Source: Patellaria atrata CBS 101060 (Eukaryota). From it: DNA of 36,583 bases. The stretch spans positions 1-36,583 of the forward strand of contig MU006128.1 in the NCBI GenBank assembly GCA_010093705.1, read 5' to 3'. The notes beneath the pieces are model-generated. The model saw only the letters and a list, made by a program, of their open reading frames with translations, did not search any database and was not told the DNA's origin. A program made the position numbers and the translations under genes. Shown here piece after piece: positions 33,501 through 36,583 of the stretch (its first letter is position 1; each line of letters opens with the position of its first letter).

Positions 33501-36227
33501 GTTTCTTAAGAAATTTAATCGAGTAATATAATCGCTAATAGTTTAGACTTAAAAAGAAGTATAATAACTATTTAGATTAAAAGAAGAAAAAGTATTCGAA
33601 AAAGCTAAAAAACTAATTCTATTAAATTAAATATTAATATATTATAACTTTTTATTTAAGATAAAAGTTAAATCTAATTATAGTAATAAAGTTATTATAA
33701 TAATTCTATTTTAATTTTATAAAAAGATTTAAAGACCGATTACCTTCTAAATAAAGATATTATTAAAAATAGAACTAAAATATAAAATTTATAATAAAAA
33801 GATATTAATTATAATAAAAGTATTAACTAAATAAAGAAATATATTAGTAAAATTATAATAAATTCCCTTTATTATAATTATTAATTATAAAGTATTAGAA
33901 TATTTTATTATAAAATAATTATTTAATACTCGATAAACTCGATAAAGTGAAACTTTATCTAATTTCCATTTTTAAATCACGTACTAGCCTAGAGTCTAGA
34001 TAATTATTATAAATATATTTTTATATAAGTAAAAAGATCTAAATATAGTAAAAGATAAAAATATTATAATATAAATCTAAATATTAATTAACTTAAATAT
34101 AATAATAATATTTCTTTAATTCTTTATAAAATAATAATTATTATTTAAGAAGATATCTTAAAATAATAGAAAATATATAATCTTTAAAGAAAAAAAAGAG
34201 ATTAAATTTTAAAAGAAAAAAAGAAAAAATATATCTATAAATTTAAAATAATATATTTAAAATAAATTTAATCGGAACTAGAAACTATTAATAATATATC
34301 TATTAATAGATTAAATTTTAGAAATAAATAGAAAATATAACTCTTTATTAATATATTAAAAGTAAATTAAAGTTAAGAAGAGATATTAAAAACTATAAAA
34401 TAGTTTATTTATTAAATTTAATAGATTTATAATTTTAGATATAAATAATTTTAGAATATATTTAATATAAGATATATATAACGCGTTAATTATAAAATAT
34501 CTAGAAATAAAGAAGATAAGAAAGCTAATTTAAATATAATATTATTAATTTAATTTAATAATTAATATAGAGAGATATATTTAAAACTATTATATTTATT
34601 ATTAAATATATATATTAAGAGATAAAACCTCTAATTAACTTAAATTATTACTAATAAAAGATAAATATTAATAATATATTTCTTTTAACTTTAAATTATT
34701 CTCTAAAGATATATATAATTTCGAAATAATATTTATAATAATAGATTAATTAGGAAAAAAAGTAATCTCGCTTTTTTATACTAAAAATATTTTAGCTAAA
34801 ATAGTTATAAAGCTATATTATAAATATATATAACGAATATATAATATATTGAAAACGGTGATATTAAATTATAATCTATAATTTATATTTATATTTATAG
34901 ATAAATTTTATAAACTAATAAAAATAAAATAGAAGTTATTTATAGTTTATCACTTATAAATAAATAAAGAAATAGAGATTATTAATTAATATATAAATTT
35001 ATAATTTTAACTTTTTATAAACTATTATTAAAATAATTAATTAAAATTATTATTTATAATAAACTTTATTTAAACTATATTAATTTATAAATTAATAAGT
35101 ATTTTTCCTTATAAGTTAGAATTTAGTTATTAACTATAAATATATTTCGACTAGTAAAAGTGAATAAAGTTTAATATATATAAAATAATTTAAAAAAAGA
35201 TAAGTAAAGAGAAAGTTTAATTATTTATAAAATATATTTATAACGCTATTAAATAGATAAGAAATAATCTAGAAAAGATATAAATAATATAGATAAAATT
35301 AATTAATAAATATTAAAGAAAACTAGATTTTAAATTAAAAAATTATATCTTTATTTTATATAAAGGCTAAATATTAGATAGACCGAGTATTAAACTAGAC
35401 TATTAAAATATAGATTTATATAAGATAATAAAAATAAAAAGATATTTTTATATAATTAATTTATCTATTAATATAAAGATATTAAATATATTCTATATAA
35501 ATAGACTTTATAAAGTATCGATAAACTTATTATTTAGATAATAGCTAAAATTATTACCGCTAATCGAAATAGATAGTAAATCTAAATATAAAATAAATAA
35601 GATTTTAGTAAATTATATCTTTTATAGTAAATTATAATATAAAGTAAATTAGATTAAATATAATTTTAATAAGATATAATATCTAGTTTATAACTTTATT
35701 AAAATATTATATAAGCTTAAAGAATTTTATAATTAAAGATTAATTAATATTAAACTATTAATTTAATTTAAAGAATAGCTCTAAATCTTTAAATTTAAAA
35801 TAAAAATAAAACTATATAATAATAATAATATAGTTAAAAAGAAGAGATTTATATAAATTTTAAGATATTATAAATAGATAATAAATCGTGTTATAAAATA
35901 TTATTAATATTATTATAGAAATTAAGGCCGATTTCTATTATTAAAAAAGAGATAATATAATAATATATTATAATATTAATTCTATATTTTCTATATTAAA
36001 TATTTAGTTTATTTATAAAAGATTTTTATTAAATTAAATATAGAAAAAATCTTTAAACATTAATTAATTAAATAAAAGATAGTTAAATTAAAATTTAATA
36101 AGATAGAACTATTATATATAAATATTTAGTTTATAATATTATTATTCTTTAACTTAATCTTTATACTTAATAGTTAATAATAAAGATAATTAAAATATAA
36201 TTATTATAGTTATATTATATTATTATA

Positions 36228-36583
36228 AAAATTTAATATTATTATTTTTAATATATTATATATTTATAAAATATATTTATAATATAGTTTTATAGTTATT
36301 TTAATTAAAATATCTTTAATATAAAAAAATAAAATTACTTTTTTTTTAATTAATTTATTATTATAAATATTATTTTAAATTTATATCTATTTTTAAAAAA
36401 TAATTTAAAGTTAAAGATAATATATTATTAATATTAATCTTTAATTAATAATAATTTTAATAAATCGATAATTTTATCTTTTAATATATATATTTAATAA
36501 TAAATATAATAATTTTAAATATATTTATTTATATTAATTATTAATTTAAATTAATAATATTATATTTAAATTAATTTTTTTAT
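36228..36583 (-). mobile_element. Element I, right part (integrase core region), continuing beyond the window
   Basis: Its reverse complement matches H at about 34510-34872 and joins the left part across the H insertion site. Confidence 0.8.

Larger units (their letters stand above)
24586..36227 (+). mobile_element. Element H: full-length RIP-mutated Ty3/Gypsy element containing nested element G
   Basis: It has 272-bp LTRs at 24586-24857 and 35956-36227, a PPT at about 35943-35955 and RT YIDN at 33229-33240. The TSD is ATAAT/AAAAT (one mismatch), and element I is continuous across the insertion. Confidence 0.88.

Noticed and set aside
18856..36583. Organellar DNA, low-complexity satellite, or genes in an alternative genetic code (TAA/TAG read as Gln)
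   Set aside because: The sequence is colinear with retroelement pol and has paired LTRs and TSDs. Stops fall at both Gln and Trp positions alongside D>N, C>Y and H>Y changes, which is the RIP signature rather than codon reassignment.
1..36583. Calling the region a centromere
   Set aside because: AT-rich nested RIP relics are compatible with regional fungal centromeres but equally with ordinary AT-rich blocks. This cannot be decided without CENP-A or Hi-C data.

Overview
This window looks like fungal (most likely filamentous ascomycete) AT-rich heterochromatin. It consists almost entirely of nested LTR retrotransposons degraded by repeat-induced point mutation (RIP: C>T/G>A transitions, with stops at former Gln/Trp codons). 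I see no host protein-coding gene. The only host feature is an intron-containing tRNA-Asp(GTC) (5749-5838, minus) in a ~380-bp unique island. About a dozen insertions can be reconstructed: two Ty1/Copia relics, a solo LTR, and several Ty3/Gypsy chromovirus families. Three elements are complete, with paired LTRs and target-site duplications: B (6605-14038), H (24586-36227) and G (25049-30571, nested in H). Most interesting observations: (1) element B carries an antisense ORF between pol and the 3' LTR that, once RIP is reversed, has exact GAL4-type Zn(II)2Cys6 spacing plus a likely coiled coil; (2) B's integrase ends in a chromodomain plus an AT-hook; (3) the A/B Gag carries about 7 extra Cys/His modules; (4) a perfect, apparently post-RIP 2x144-bp 'dumbbell' concatemer sits inside G; (5) three Gypsy families show Tf1-type self-priming PBSs. 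Element names A-J are my own labels. Boundaries in the most AT-rich parts are approximate.
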